From Candidatus Oxydemutatoraceae bacterium (GTDB taxonomy: Bacteria > Pseudomonadota > Gammaproteobacteria > Poriferisulfidales > Oxydemutatoraceae): a stretch of DNA of 64,000 nt. The notes beneath the pieces are model-generated. The model was not told the DNA's origin. It was given only the letters and a program-made list of their open reading frames with translations, and made no database searches. Location of the stretch: the NCBI GenBank assembly GCA_965218975.1, contig OZ244717.1:338347-402346 (forward strand). Reading direction: 5' to 3'. Of this stretch, positions 23,207 to 31,456 are shown piece by piece. The position numbers were made by a program, and so were the translations under genes. Every line of letters starts with the position of its first letter. Positions within the stretch are counted from its first letter, which is position 1.

Positions 23207-24568
23207 TTAGTCAGTGCAATCACATGGCAACATGGCCTTGGTTTCAGTGAGCGCTTGGACTCCGCGGTCCGCAATGTTTCGGTAAGTCATCTTGCTGTTC
23301 GTTCCAAAGAAACCGACTGTACCGTCAATGCCTCGTTGTTCTGCTGTCAAATCCCGAGTGTAGGTATCCTCTATACGAGCCCACCAAGCGACATCCATCG
23401 GTGTGTTCTGCTGACTGTTAGGTAAATCTGCCTCGCATTCCGAATGAATACTCTCATAAACCTTAGTCAGGTTTGATGTTCCCTTGAGAAAACAGTAAAC
23501 ACAATTGGACAGATGCCCGGTCGCGGGGAGTTTCAATTCAAAATCCTTGTTTTTCCGCCAGAATGCCTTAACGTCTTCTTTTTTTACACACATGTCTGAA
23601 AGCGGCATATAGACATGTTCTCCTTCATACTCCCGAACCTCAGAACTGCCCGAGATTCTCGCTTCGACACGTTGCACACGTGCCTCTTCATCTCCCCTCA
23701 ACCCGATAAAAGCGACATATTGCACTCCACCCTCGCCAAATACAGCATTCCCCCCATACGCTTTCCCATCCAAGAGCTTACTGTCCATGGCGTCTGATGC
23801 TGTCGAAAAATCCTTATAACGTTGCTCCGGACGACATACCGGCTGTGACATCACAAATTTCTTCTTGGCCAGAAAAATATCTCTTGGGACCCCGCCATTA
23901 TTGCGACGGTGGCGTTGATAAAGCGTTTCCTCATCAACCTGGGGCTTATTCTCCCAATGGCCAAGACGAGGAATGATTTTTTTGCAGGCCAGCCAGTCGC
24001 GCAGAAACATTCGTGTTGTCTCAAGTTTCAGAGTTGCTGTGCAGGTCCGGCGGAACTGGTTGGGAACATACCCTGACCACGACAACATCTCCTCAAAGAC
24101 CTCGCCCCTCCAGCAGTAACCATCCGGGTTATTTTCCGAACGAGGCTTGGCATTCACTAGCCGATAGGAAGGCAAACGAGTCCAGTCGCCGTTGCGCACA
24201 TCTTCATAGGTTTGATACTCGATCAGAAAAAATGGAATTCCGTAGCAAGATTCTGCTCGTTTCTTGCATTGGGCTACAAAGTCATAGGTGGCCGGATGTT
24301 CGGCAGCAGTATTGTTAAAGAGTATGACATCACCGCGCTCGGCCTTTAGTACACGGTTTTCCAGCAGAGTAAACAAAAGCATTCCGCTGGATCGACCGCC
24401 GGAGAATTTGACAACGTGAGGAAAATTCTCGTGCCTTTTAGACCGATATCGAAACTGATACTCGAACTCCGGATCGTATTTTTTTGGTTTGCGAAGGCGT
24501 TTCGAAACTACTAGCTTGGGAATTCCTTTTACAGAATGTTTAACAAGATTTTCTACAACGGTCTGCAT
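23207..24568 (-). CDS. PAPS-reductase-fold PP-loop ATP pyrophosphatase (DndC/SspD-like class)
   Basis: The PP-loop is VVKFSGGRSSGMLLF, followed by LFNNTAAEHPATYDF, the CysH/PAPS_reduct pattern SGGxxS...NT..E.P.T..F. C-terminal cysteines are NCVYCFLKG and a terminal LPCDCTD. The gene sits directly upstream of a cysteine desulfurase. Confidence 0.75.
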   Translation of the reverse strand: MQTVVENLVKHSVKGIPKLVVSKRLRKPKKYDPEFEYQFRYRSKRHENFPHVVKFSGGRSSGMLLFTLLENRVLKAERGDVILFNNTAAEHPATYDFVAQCKKRAESCYGIPFFLIEYQTYEDVRNGDWTRLPSYRLVNAKPRSENNPDGYCWRGEVFEEMLSWSGYVPNQFRRTCTATLKLETTRMFLRDWLACKKIIPRLGHWENKPQVDEETLYQRHRRNNGGVPRDIFLAKKKFVMSQPVCRPEQRYKDFSTASDAMDSKLLDGKAYGGNAVFGEGGVQYVAFIGLRGDEEARVQRVEARISGSSEVREYEGEHVYMPLSDMCVKKEDVKAFWRKNKDFELKLPATGHLSNCVYCFLKGTSNLTKVYESIHSECEADLPNSQQNTPMDVAWWARIEDTYTRDLTAEQRGIDGTVGFFGTNSKMTYRNIADRGVQALTETKAMLPCDCTD

Positions 24569-24623
24569 TACGGCCTGCCTCCAAAAATCCGGGAATTATT
24601 AAGATTCGTTGACAAGGACTGAC

Positions 24624-24968
24624 TTATTCAACCTCTTCCATGATTGGTTTTCCCTTGCGACCTACCCGCATTCTAAACTTTCTTTGCAAGTCTTTCTTGA
24701 AAACATAGGTTCGATTAAGAGGGTAAAACTCGTTCATCATCGAAAGTTTAGACATGACAAAAGAGTCTTTATCGTAATTTTCATCAAAATCGCAACCCCA
24801 TCCAAAGCAAACAAACGGCGTCAGAGCCTCATGGTTCATCGCTGCCCTGATGCCTATCAGATTCTTGCCAAGTCGTTCTATAGCGTTTCCTTGTGCCTGT
24901 TTTTTCTTTCCTTCCTGTTCACGTTCCCTATTCGTTCCCTGTTTCTTTATTTCTGAAACAACAATCAA
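24624..24968 (-). CDS. Hypothetical small protein (up to 114 aa)
   Basis: The ORF is on the operon strand between the NPPF methyltransferase and the PP-loop gene. It has a lysine/glutamate-rich N-terminus and no motif. An equally long ORF exists on the opposite strand, so coding status is uncertain. Confidence 0.3.
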   Translation of the reverse strand: MIVVSEIKKQGTNREREQEGKKKQAQGNAIERLGKNLIGIRAAMNHEALTPFVCFGWGCDFDENYDKDSFVMSKLSMMNEFYPLNRTYVFKKDLQRKFRMRVGRKGKPIMEEVE

Positions 24969-25031
24969 TTTGCGGTAGTTGGCATCATTTTCCTTTCTCA
25001 GCCAGATTACCCCGCCATCGGGTATTATTGT

Positions 25032-25781
25032 TCAATCAGTAAACACCAAATCAAACTCATGTCTCTGGCCGGCCCCTTTGATTATAGATGGCTTTGTCGC
25101 TCCGTTTGGAGTCTTTATTCTTGACCTTGTGTTGCGCCGTGTTTTGGCGCAGATCCTCTGCTCTAGCCACTGTAGAAATAATGCCCCTTTTAGCCCATGA
25201 ATATTGAAAATCAAAACTTCACTATGGAATAGAACATCGTTGTATATGTCTTTCGGCAAGGCCACTATAGACGTGATTTCAGGGTAGGTTCCATCTACAA
25301 AACGCATCCAACGCTTGCTATTCAGAGTCTGGTTAAGACGTAACCCATAAGGCGCAAACAAAACAATCGGGATGTTTTTACCAAATAACTCTATCGTTTT
25401 ACGCAACCAGACTTCAAGTAAAAGCGGACGTCTGCCGAATGTTTCCGATACCAACTGTTTTGTTTTTTCTTCAATATTAAAAGGCGGGTTCGCAATGACA
25501 AGTGCGGGTTTTTCCACTTCACCTCTTGAAAGGGAAATAAAATCCCTGACAATCGTGTCGGGAAATCCTTGATCCTCTATGTCAACCCCTTTTGTTTTGA
25601 ACCCCGCTTGCTTAAAAGGGATAAGAAGCGAACCCTTACCTACACACGGGTCAAATACGATTCTGTCGGATTTGATTTTCTTATGAACAATACTAAACAG
25701 GAATTGGCTTAATTCCGGCGGGGTGTAGACTGTGGAGTTCTTTTGCTCCTTGTAAAAGTCGTTGCGGTCAACGCGATACAT
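25032..25781 (-). CDS. N6-adenine DNA methyltransferase, gamma-class (NPPF), compact form
   Basis: Motif I is VFDPCVGKGSLL. About 55 aa later comes motif IV, VIANPPFN. The ATG abuts the stop of the decayed IS1595 transposase (TGAATG). Confidence 0.7.
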   Translation of the reverse strand: MYRVDRNDFYKEQKNSTVYTPPELSQFLFSIVHKKIKSDRIVFDPCVGKGSLLIPFKQAGFKTKGVDIEDQGFPDTIVRDFISLSRGEVEKPALVIANPPFNIEEKTKQLVSETFGRRPLLLEVWLRKTIELFGKNIPIVLFAPYGLRLNQTLNSKRWMRFVDGTYPEITSIVALPKDIYNDVLFHSEVLIFNIHGLKGALFLQWLEQRICAKTRRNTRSRIKTPNGATKPSIIKGAGQRHEFDLVFTD

Positions 25782-26275
25782 TCATGCTACCAGTTTCTCA
25801 AACGTTACGGTCTTCCCAACCATGGCCTTAAACAGGTCATCCGGTTTGTCTTGTGTATCACGAGCAACATTGTCTTCATTCAGGCGAAAGGTGAACTCGT
25901 TGACGTACTGCCGGCAATGCTTCTTGCTCCAATTGTGGTAAACACCATTGAAGCTGCGTTTGATGAGCAACCATACAGACTCGACCCCGTTTGGTATGAG
26001 CCGTCCCGTTCACATACTCTCTGGCCGAATGGTTGACCTTTGCCTTTATACCCCCTGTAATCATCGGTGTAAGGAGTAGAGCCAAGCTCAATGTGCTCGC
26101 GGAATGGCATTGCTGGTCGTTTCATGGTCCTCGGCCCGTATCGGCATGGCCTTTATATGGCCGCCACGCTCCTGCATCCCCAGCACGGCCCGTTCGTCTA
26201 CCGATCCTCGTCCAGCTTTCAGCTTCTTGTCCATGTGCTTGTTCTTTCATTTACGGGCATCCATGAGCTTGTTGT
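25782..26275 (-). pseudogene. IS1595-family transposase remnant (5'-truncated, multiple frameshifts)
   Basis: Pieces in three frames match the C-terminal ~160 aa of the transposase at 16906-17826. Examples are KKLKAGRGS..AVLGM, PYTDDYRGYKG, HSAREYVNG and SFNGVYHNWSKKHCRQYVNEFTFRLNEDNV....DDLFKAMVGKT.T.E.LVA. The DNA is clearly diverged from the intact copy. Confidence 0.8.
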
Positions 26276-26560
26276 GCTCAAAAAGACTTAGCGTTTTAGC
26301 GTGTTTTCTAGACATCTTTCTTGTTCCTACAGAATATGAATTAATGCCTTTGAAGCCCCGCAACTTTGAAGAATATGGGCTAGTGATTATACACGCTTCG
26401 CTTCTGCTCTCCCGCTTCTCTCCTTACCTTTCTGCACAGGAGGCATGTCAACAGATGAGCCAACGACATGCCCTTCAAACTACCTCAATCGGTCGCAAGG
26501 CAGTGCCTTATTGGTCGTTCCCCCGTTCGCGGGTGCATAAGCTCAGAAACATTTGAAACC

Positions 26561-27040
26561 GTTTTGTGTTTGGTGGCAGATTGTCGGCGGATTGTGCCGG
26601 ATTATTGGTGGATTGTTGGTAGGTTGTGCCGGATTATTAGCAAAGTGCATGTCGTCCATGACGCGACTGGGTTCTGTCAACAAGCCCCAGCCCCGACATC
26701 CTTGTCGGGTCGTTCGCCGCTGAAAACCGTTCGGTTTTCCGGGCGCGGCTTACCCATGACGCGACTGGGTTCTGTCAACAAGCCCCAGCCCCGACATCCT
26801 TGTCGGGTCGTTCGCCGCTGAAAACCGATCGGTTTTCCGGGCGCGGCTTACCCATGACGAGACTGGGTTCTGTCAACAAGCCCCAGCCCCGACATCCCTG
26901 TCGGGTCGTTCGCCGCTGAAAACCGTTCGGTTTTCCGGGCGCGTCTCACCCGACAACGGACAGAAAGCACCGATCCGAATGTTGCTGCCGAATGCTTCCC
27001 CGGAAGCCCTTCAAGAATCCCATTTAGGGTGGCATCGTAC
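26561..27040 (+). repeat. Mosaic intergenic repeat cluster, copy 1: G/T-rich head, three ~97 bp units, conserved tail
   Basis: The head (26561-26657) has GGATTGT/GGATTAT motifs every 9-12 bp. Units start at 26658, 26755 and 26853. Each contains the hairpins CCCGACA-TCCT-TGTCGGG and GAAAACCG-TT-CGGTTTTC. The tail AAAGCACCGATCCGAATGTT...CCCATTTAGGGTGGCATCGTAC runs 26964-27040. Confidence 0.9.
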
Positions 27041-27166
27041 ATTCTTGACAAGCCCGCCGCTTTCCCCTAACCTGAGCTTAAGTTACGAGGCGCAGGCCTT
27101 ATTCTTTACTCGCCCGCGGGGAGGATCCTCGCGGGGACCTTCCAGCGGTAACAACAGGAGACTATT

Positions 27167-27376
27167 ATGGAAATTACTGCTGAGAAATTTGAGCAGGAGC
27201 TTCAAAAGCTTGAACAGAGGCTTGAGCGAAAGTTTGATACGAAGCTTGATACGAAGTTTGATAAGCTCGAAGCCAAACTCGACTCGGTGAAGACTTGGTT
27301 TGTCGGTTTAATGGTCACTACCGTTTTAGTCGTGACCGCGTTGATGACAACATTCGTCAACATTAACATGAACTAA
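27167..27376 (+). CDS. Small coiled-coil protein with a C-terminal transmembrane anchor (69 aa; DUF1640-like pattern by recollection)
   Basis: An AGGAG RBS lies 7-8 nt upstream. A heptad-like region, EQELQKLEQRLERKFDTKLDTKFDKLEAKLDS, is followed by the hydrophobic helix WFVGLMVTTVLVVTALMTTFV. The gene is flanked on both sides by the mosaic repeat clusters. Confidence 0.6.
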   Translation: MEITAEKFEQELQKLEQRLERKFDTKLDTKFDKLEAKLDSVKTWFVGLMVTTVLVVTALMTTFVNINMN

Positions 27377-27487
27377 CCCGGGCATCACCGCCTATTCTTA
27401 AAACTTGGTTTCGCGTCTGCTCGCGAAATCCTACTCTAAATTGATGATACAAACCATGGGTTTTTATCCTTAGCCTGCCTATCAGCA

Positions 27488-27851
27488 TCGTTCGCCGCTG
27501 AAAACCGTTCGGTTTTCCGGGCGCGGCTCACCTGTTTTGTGTTTGGTGGTAGATTGTCGGCGGATTGTGCCGGGTTGTTGGTGGATTGTTGGTAGGTTGT
27601 GCCGGATTATTAGCAAAGTGCATGTCGTCCATGACGAGACTTCGTGCTGTTAATGAACCCCAGCCCCGACATCCTTGTCGGGTCGTTCGCCGCCCGCTAA
27701 AAAAGGTGGCACCGTTCGGTTTTCCGGGGCGCGGCTCACCCATGACGAGACTTGGTTCTGTCAATGAGCCCCAGCCCCGACATCCCTGTCGGGTCGTTCG
27801 CCGCTGAAAACCCCGCTGAAAACCGTTCAGTTTTCCGGGCGCAGCTCACCC
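27488..27851 (+). repeat. Mosaic intergenic repeat cluster, copy 2: partial unit, head, two units, no tail
   Basis: The family and orientation match 26561-27040. The head sequence TGTTTTGTGTTTGGTGGTAGATTGTCGGCGGATTGTGCCGGGTTGTTGG... is followed by CATGACGAGACTT...CCCCGACATCCTTGTCGGG...TTCGGTTTTCCGGG units. Confidence 0.9.
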
Positions 27852-28044
27852 TGCGGCGTCAGGGTGGGCCTTATCCGCACGTAGCGGTCAACCGTATATA
27901 GCGTCAGGCATGCGAGCCGAAATCGGACAGCGCCGGCAACCGATATATCCTCGCATCCCGGTAACATTGCCTGCGCGGACCGCGCAGCTCATTGGGTTAC
28001 AATACCCCGTAGCTAAAAATAAAAAAGGTCTGACTGACAACTAC

Positions 28045-29661
28045 ATGTTTTACCTAGATACGACAACGCCTTTATTTCAAGACAAAGAGAATCAAGACCT
28101 GATTACCATATATCAGGCGAGTGTTTGGATATCAAAGCACCTAAACAAAGAAGTAACCTCCTCCAATATCTCGTATCTAATCCAATACGGAAGGATTGCC
28201 AAATATTCGGAGAACGGGACAACCGCGGTCAGTAAAAACGAGCTGGTCAATTACTATAAAGGCTTTCTTCAGGACCGGGAAAGTGTTTGGAAGAATAAGC
28301 TCGGGGACGACCTAAACTGGAATCTTTCATTCGACTTCCTCAGAGAGAAAGACACAACGAAGCATGTGCATCGATTTCATCCCTACAAGGGGAAGTTTAT
28401 CCCTCAATTAGTTGAGTATTTCTTGGATGGCCACACGGATGAGTTTAAAAAAGAGGCCTTTTTCCAAACCGGGGATATTGTTTTAGACCCGTTCTGCGGC
28501 AGCGGAACAACGCTGGTGCAAGCAAACGAACTCGGAATGCACGCCGTCGGCGTTGACATTTCAGCTTTCAATACTTTGATTGCCAACGTAAAAATAGCGA
28601 AGTATGACCTCAACGAGCTGCGCAACGAACTGAGATGCATAGGCCTTTTACTTCGGCGGAAAACATACGATTCTCCGAATATTGAGTTTGAAAGAGAATT
28701 GTCGGAAGCGTTAAACGTCTTTAATAAAAACAACTTTCCGACACCGGATTTCAAAAGAAAGCTTCGGGTAAAGGAAATAGATGAAAAAACTTATGCCTGC
28801 GAAAAAGAGAAGGAATTTATGCCTGCTTATGACAAATTGGTTAAGAGGCATCGTATTCAAATTAAGCAGACTAAAACCGGCCGTTTTACGGACAAGTGGT
28901 TTTTGAGGCCCGTAAAGGATGAGATAGAGTTGTTGCTCAAACAAATCAGGGAAGTCAAGAATGAGCGCATCAGAAAAATCTTGGAAATCGTTTTAAGCAG
29001 AACCGTTCGGTCGTGCCGAGCTACGACCCATGCCGACCTGGCCACCTTGAAAGAGCCCGTAACAAAACCGTATTACTGCAAAAAACACGGCAAGATTTGC
29101 AAGCCCTTGTTTTCTGTCCGGTCGTGGTGGAAGAGATACGGTGAGGACACTTTAATCAGGATTCAGGCATTTAATACTCTGCGCACTGAAACCAAACAAA
29201 TCTGCCTGCAGGGAGATTCGAGAACAATAAACTTGATTGATCGCCTGCCGGGGAAAGAGAAGCGCCTTGCGGGACTTATAAAAAGCAAAGGAATAAACGG
29301 CATATTTACCAGTCCTCCTTATGTCGGACTGATTGACTACCACGAACAGCACGCCTACGCATACGACCTATTTGGCTACAAAAGAAACGACCGGCTTGAA
29401 ATAGGCCCCCTGTCCGAAGGGCAAGGCGCTATAGCAAGACAAACTTACTCGGAGTCAATTGCCGAAGTGCTACGAAATTGCAGAAAATACCTTGCGAAGG
29501 ACTTTAATGTTTTTCTTGTCGCGAATGATAAATACAACTTGTATCCATCAATCGCCAAACTTGCCGATATGCGCATAGCGAATACGTATAAGCGACCGGT
29601 TCTTAACCGAACGGAAAGGGATAAAGGGGCTTATTCGGAGATGATATTTCACTTGAAATAA
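28045..29661 (+). CDS. DNA methyltransferase, N4-cytosine/N6-adenine type (SPPY), alpha-class motif order
   Basis: Motif I, LDPFCGSGTTLVQA, lies ~270 aa upstream of motif IV, FTSPPYVGLIDY. The probable start is the ATG at 28045 (MFYLDTTTPLF); the listed ORF starts at 27910 in GC-rich repeat-flanking sequence. The gene is AT-rich. Confidence 0.8.
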   Translation: MFYLDTTTPLFQDKENQDLITIYQASVWISKHLNKEVTSSNISYLIQYGRIAKYSENGTTAVSKNELVNYYKGFLQDRESVWKNKLGDDLNWNLSFDFLREKDTTKHVHRFHPYKGKFIPQLVEYFLDGHTDEFKKEAFFQTGDIVLDPFCGSGTTLVQANELGMHAVGVDISAFNTLIANVKIAKYDLNELRNELRCIGLLLRRKTYDSPNIEFERELSEALNVFNKNNFPTPDFKRKLRVKEIDEKTYACEKEKEFMPAYDKLVKRHRIQIKQTKTGRFTDKWFLRPVKDEIELLLKQIREVKNERIRKILEIVLSRTVRSCRATTHADLATLKEPVTKPYYCKKHGKICKPLFSVRSWWKRYGEDTLIRIQAFNTLRTETKQICLQGDSRTINLIDRLPGKEKRLAGLIKSKGINGIFTSPPYVGLIDYHEQHAYAYDLFGYKRNDRLEIGPLSEGQGAIARQTYSESIAEVLRNCRKYLAKDFNVFLVANDKYNLYPSIAKLADMRIANTYKRPVLNRTERDKGAYSEMIFHLK

Positions 29662-29669
29662 AAAACAGA

Positions 29670-30455
29670 ATGGCACTTGATGAACGACAAATAACAGGAA
29701 TCGGGGGCACTATAAGGGAAAGCCTAAGGAATAAGCTCAGCAATTATAAACCCGAGACAAACCACATGCCCTTTCACTACAGATTGATCGGTAAAGACAG
29801 AATGGCGTTGTTTTCTTTTATTCACTCTCTGAATACAACCTTCGGAACTTCTATCTTTGAACCTGCGGCAGAAGCTTTGGCGAAACCGAACTTCCGGTCC
29901 GTAAACAAACAATACGAAGTCGGCAATAAAATCAGCAAACGGTCCCAGTCCGAAATTCAGAGCATTATCAATGATCTTACAACCGGAAAAGACCCGGATA
30001 AAAAAGCAGAGAGCGAAAGAATAAGAAAAGTATGTAACAGCGGCAGTATGGAAGAACTACAAACTGTAAAAGTAGATTTATACGCTCAAAGTTTTGACGG
30101 AGTAGTCCATTTGTTCAACCTGAAACCCGCCAAACCGAACATTAGCGACTTCAAAGACTTTAAAAGAACCCTGTTAGAGTGGACTGCAATTTTTCTGGCC
30201 AACAATCCACAAGCAAGAGTAAATTCATATATTGCCATCCCCTACAATCCTTATGAACCGAAACCTTACGAGAGATGGACCTTAAAAGGAATGCTAGACT
30301 TGGAAAATGAACTGAAGGTTGCGGAAGAGTTCTGGGATTTTTTAGGCAGCGAAGGCACTTACGAGGACTTGCTCGGATGCTTTGAAAAAGTGGGAGTCGG
30401 AATGAAGGAAGAGATAAGCGATTATTTCCAGAGATTTAATCAGGTTTTAATATGA
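29670..30455 (+). CDS. Probable type II restriction endonuclease partner (TdeIII-like by recollection)
   Basis: A 261 aa ORF starts 9 nt after the methyltransferase stop and has the same AT-rich composition. It has an acidic/lysine pattern (VKVDLY...FNLKPAKPN). The family call rests on memory of TdeIII-family annotations and was not verified. Confidence 0.5.
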   Translation: MALDERQITGIGGTIRESLRNKLSNYKPETNHMPFHYRLIGKDRMALFSFIHSLNTTFGTSIFEPAAEALAKPNFRSVNKQYEVGNKISKRSQSEIQSIINDLTTGKDPDKKAESERIRKVCNSGSMEELQTVKVDLYAQSFDGVVHLFNLKPAKPNISDFKDFKRTLLEWTAIFLANNPQARVNSYIAIPYNPYEPKPYERWTLKGMLDLENELKVAEEFWDFLGSEGTYEDLLGCFEKVGVGMKEEISDYFQRFNQVLI

Positions 30456-30701
30456 AAAGGCCAAACCAAAGCGGCCTTGCGGGTAGCCGCCGAAGAATAT
30501 CCCGCATACCCGGGATACACCGCCGCTTAGTCCATCATGCTAGGAAAGTGCGCATAAGGCAAAAATTGCCATTCAAAGATTGCATGGGGCTGTCATAATT
30601 TACACACTTGATGTCGCGCGGGTGTCCTCCGCGGGATTGATCCGACCGCGAGGCAAAGTCAGGCTCCTGCGGGAGCTTCAAAGCAGCCGAGACACAACGG
30701 A

Positions 30702-31295
30702 TCAGCAATTCTTAAAGTTCTTCTTAATACATTCGCGAGCAAGGTCTTGCGCTTTAGAGATATCGGCAGAGGTCATTTTTTTTGCCATCGTCTCTCTTAA
30801 TTTTCTTCCGTCCTCAGCCCCGTTTGCGGAAGCGATGTTCGCCCACATATGGGCATAAACATTATCCTTTATTAACCCCCGACCTAAAGCATACATCAAA
30901 CCCAGATTATTTTGCGCGGACGCATGTCTCTGTCCGGCGGCGAGCCTGTACCATTTCACTGCCTCGCGATAATCTTGAGGAACACCGTCTCCGTTGCGAT
31001 ACATCACACCCAGACTGTGCTGCGCGTCCGCATGTCCCTGTTCGGCGGCGAGCCTGTACCATTTCACTGCTTGCCGACCGTCTTGAGGAACACCGTGTCC
31101 GTTGTCATACATCACACCCAGATTGTACTGCGCGGACGCATGTCCCTGTTCGGCGAGAGGCATCCACTTTTGCAGGGCGGTCGCAAAGTCTCGTTTTAGA
31201 GCGACATCCAACCCTTTCTGAAAATCAGCAGAATAGGCAAACGACCCGAATAAGAGTGCGAACAGTAAAATAGAAATGATAGACAGAGTTCTCAT
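30702..31295 (-). CDS. Sel1-repeat (TPR-like) protein with signal peptide
   Basis: The N-terminal hydrophobic leader is MRTLSIISILLFALLFGSFAYSA. It is followed by Sel1 units of the form AQ.NLG.MY.NG.GVPQD...AVKWYRLAAEQGHA.AQ. Confidence 0.85.
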   Translation of the reverse strand: MRTLSIISILLFALLFGSFAYSADFQKGLDVALKRDFATALQKWMPLAEQGHASAQYNLGVMYDNGHGVPQDGRQAVKWYRLAAEQGHADAQHSLGVMYRNGDGVPQDYREAVKWYRLAAGQRHASAQNNLGLMYALGRGLIKDNVYAHMWANIASANGAEDGRKLRETMAKKMTSADISKAQDLARECIKKNFKNC

Positions 31296-31456
31296 CCTTG
31301 GATTGTAATCCGAATAATGTTAACGGCGAAAAGATTGTATGGAGCCGCTGTAGTTTACACACTCGGTGTTGCGCGGGTGTCCTCTGCGGGATTGACCCGC
31401 CCGCGAGGCAAAGTCAGGCTCCTGCGGGAGCTTCAAAGCAGCCGAGACACAACGGG

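Noticed and set aside
26658-26950. The ~97 bp tandem units as a second CRISPR-like array
   Set aside because: The units are contiguous with no unique spacers between them, and the unit length and internal double-hairpin structure do not fit CRISPR repeats.
26468-27807. ORFs giving RARKTERFSAANDPT..., NEPQPRHPCRVVRR... and similar, also at 51881-52573
   Set aside because: They are translations of the tandem mosaic repeat units. The same peptide recurs only because the DNA unit recurs, and no start or RBS context exists.
26561-27851. Repeat-gene-repeat arrangement as integron cassettes with attC sites
   Set aside because: No integrase, attI or RYYYAAC/GTTRRRY core sites were recognisable. The units occur in tandem without intervening ORFs, unlike attC sites.
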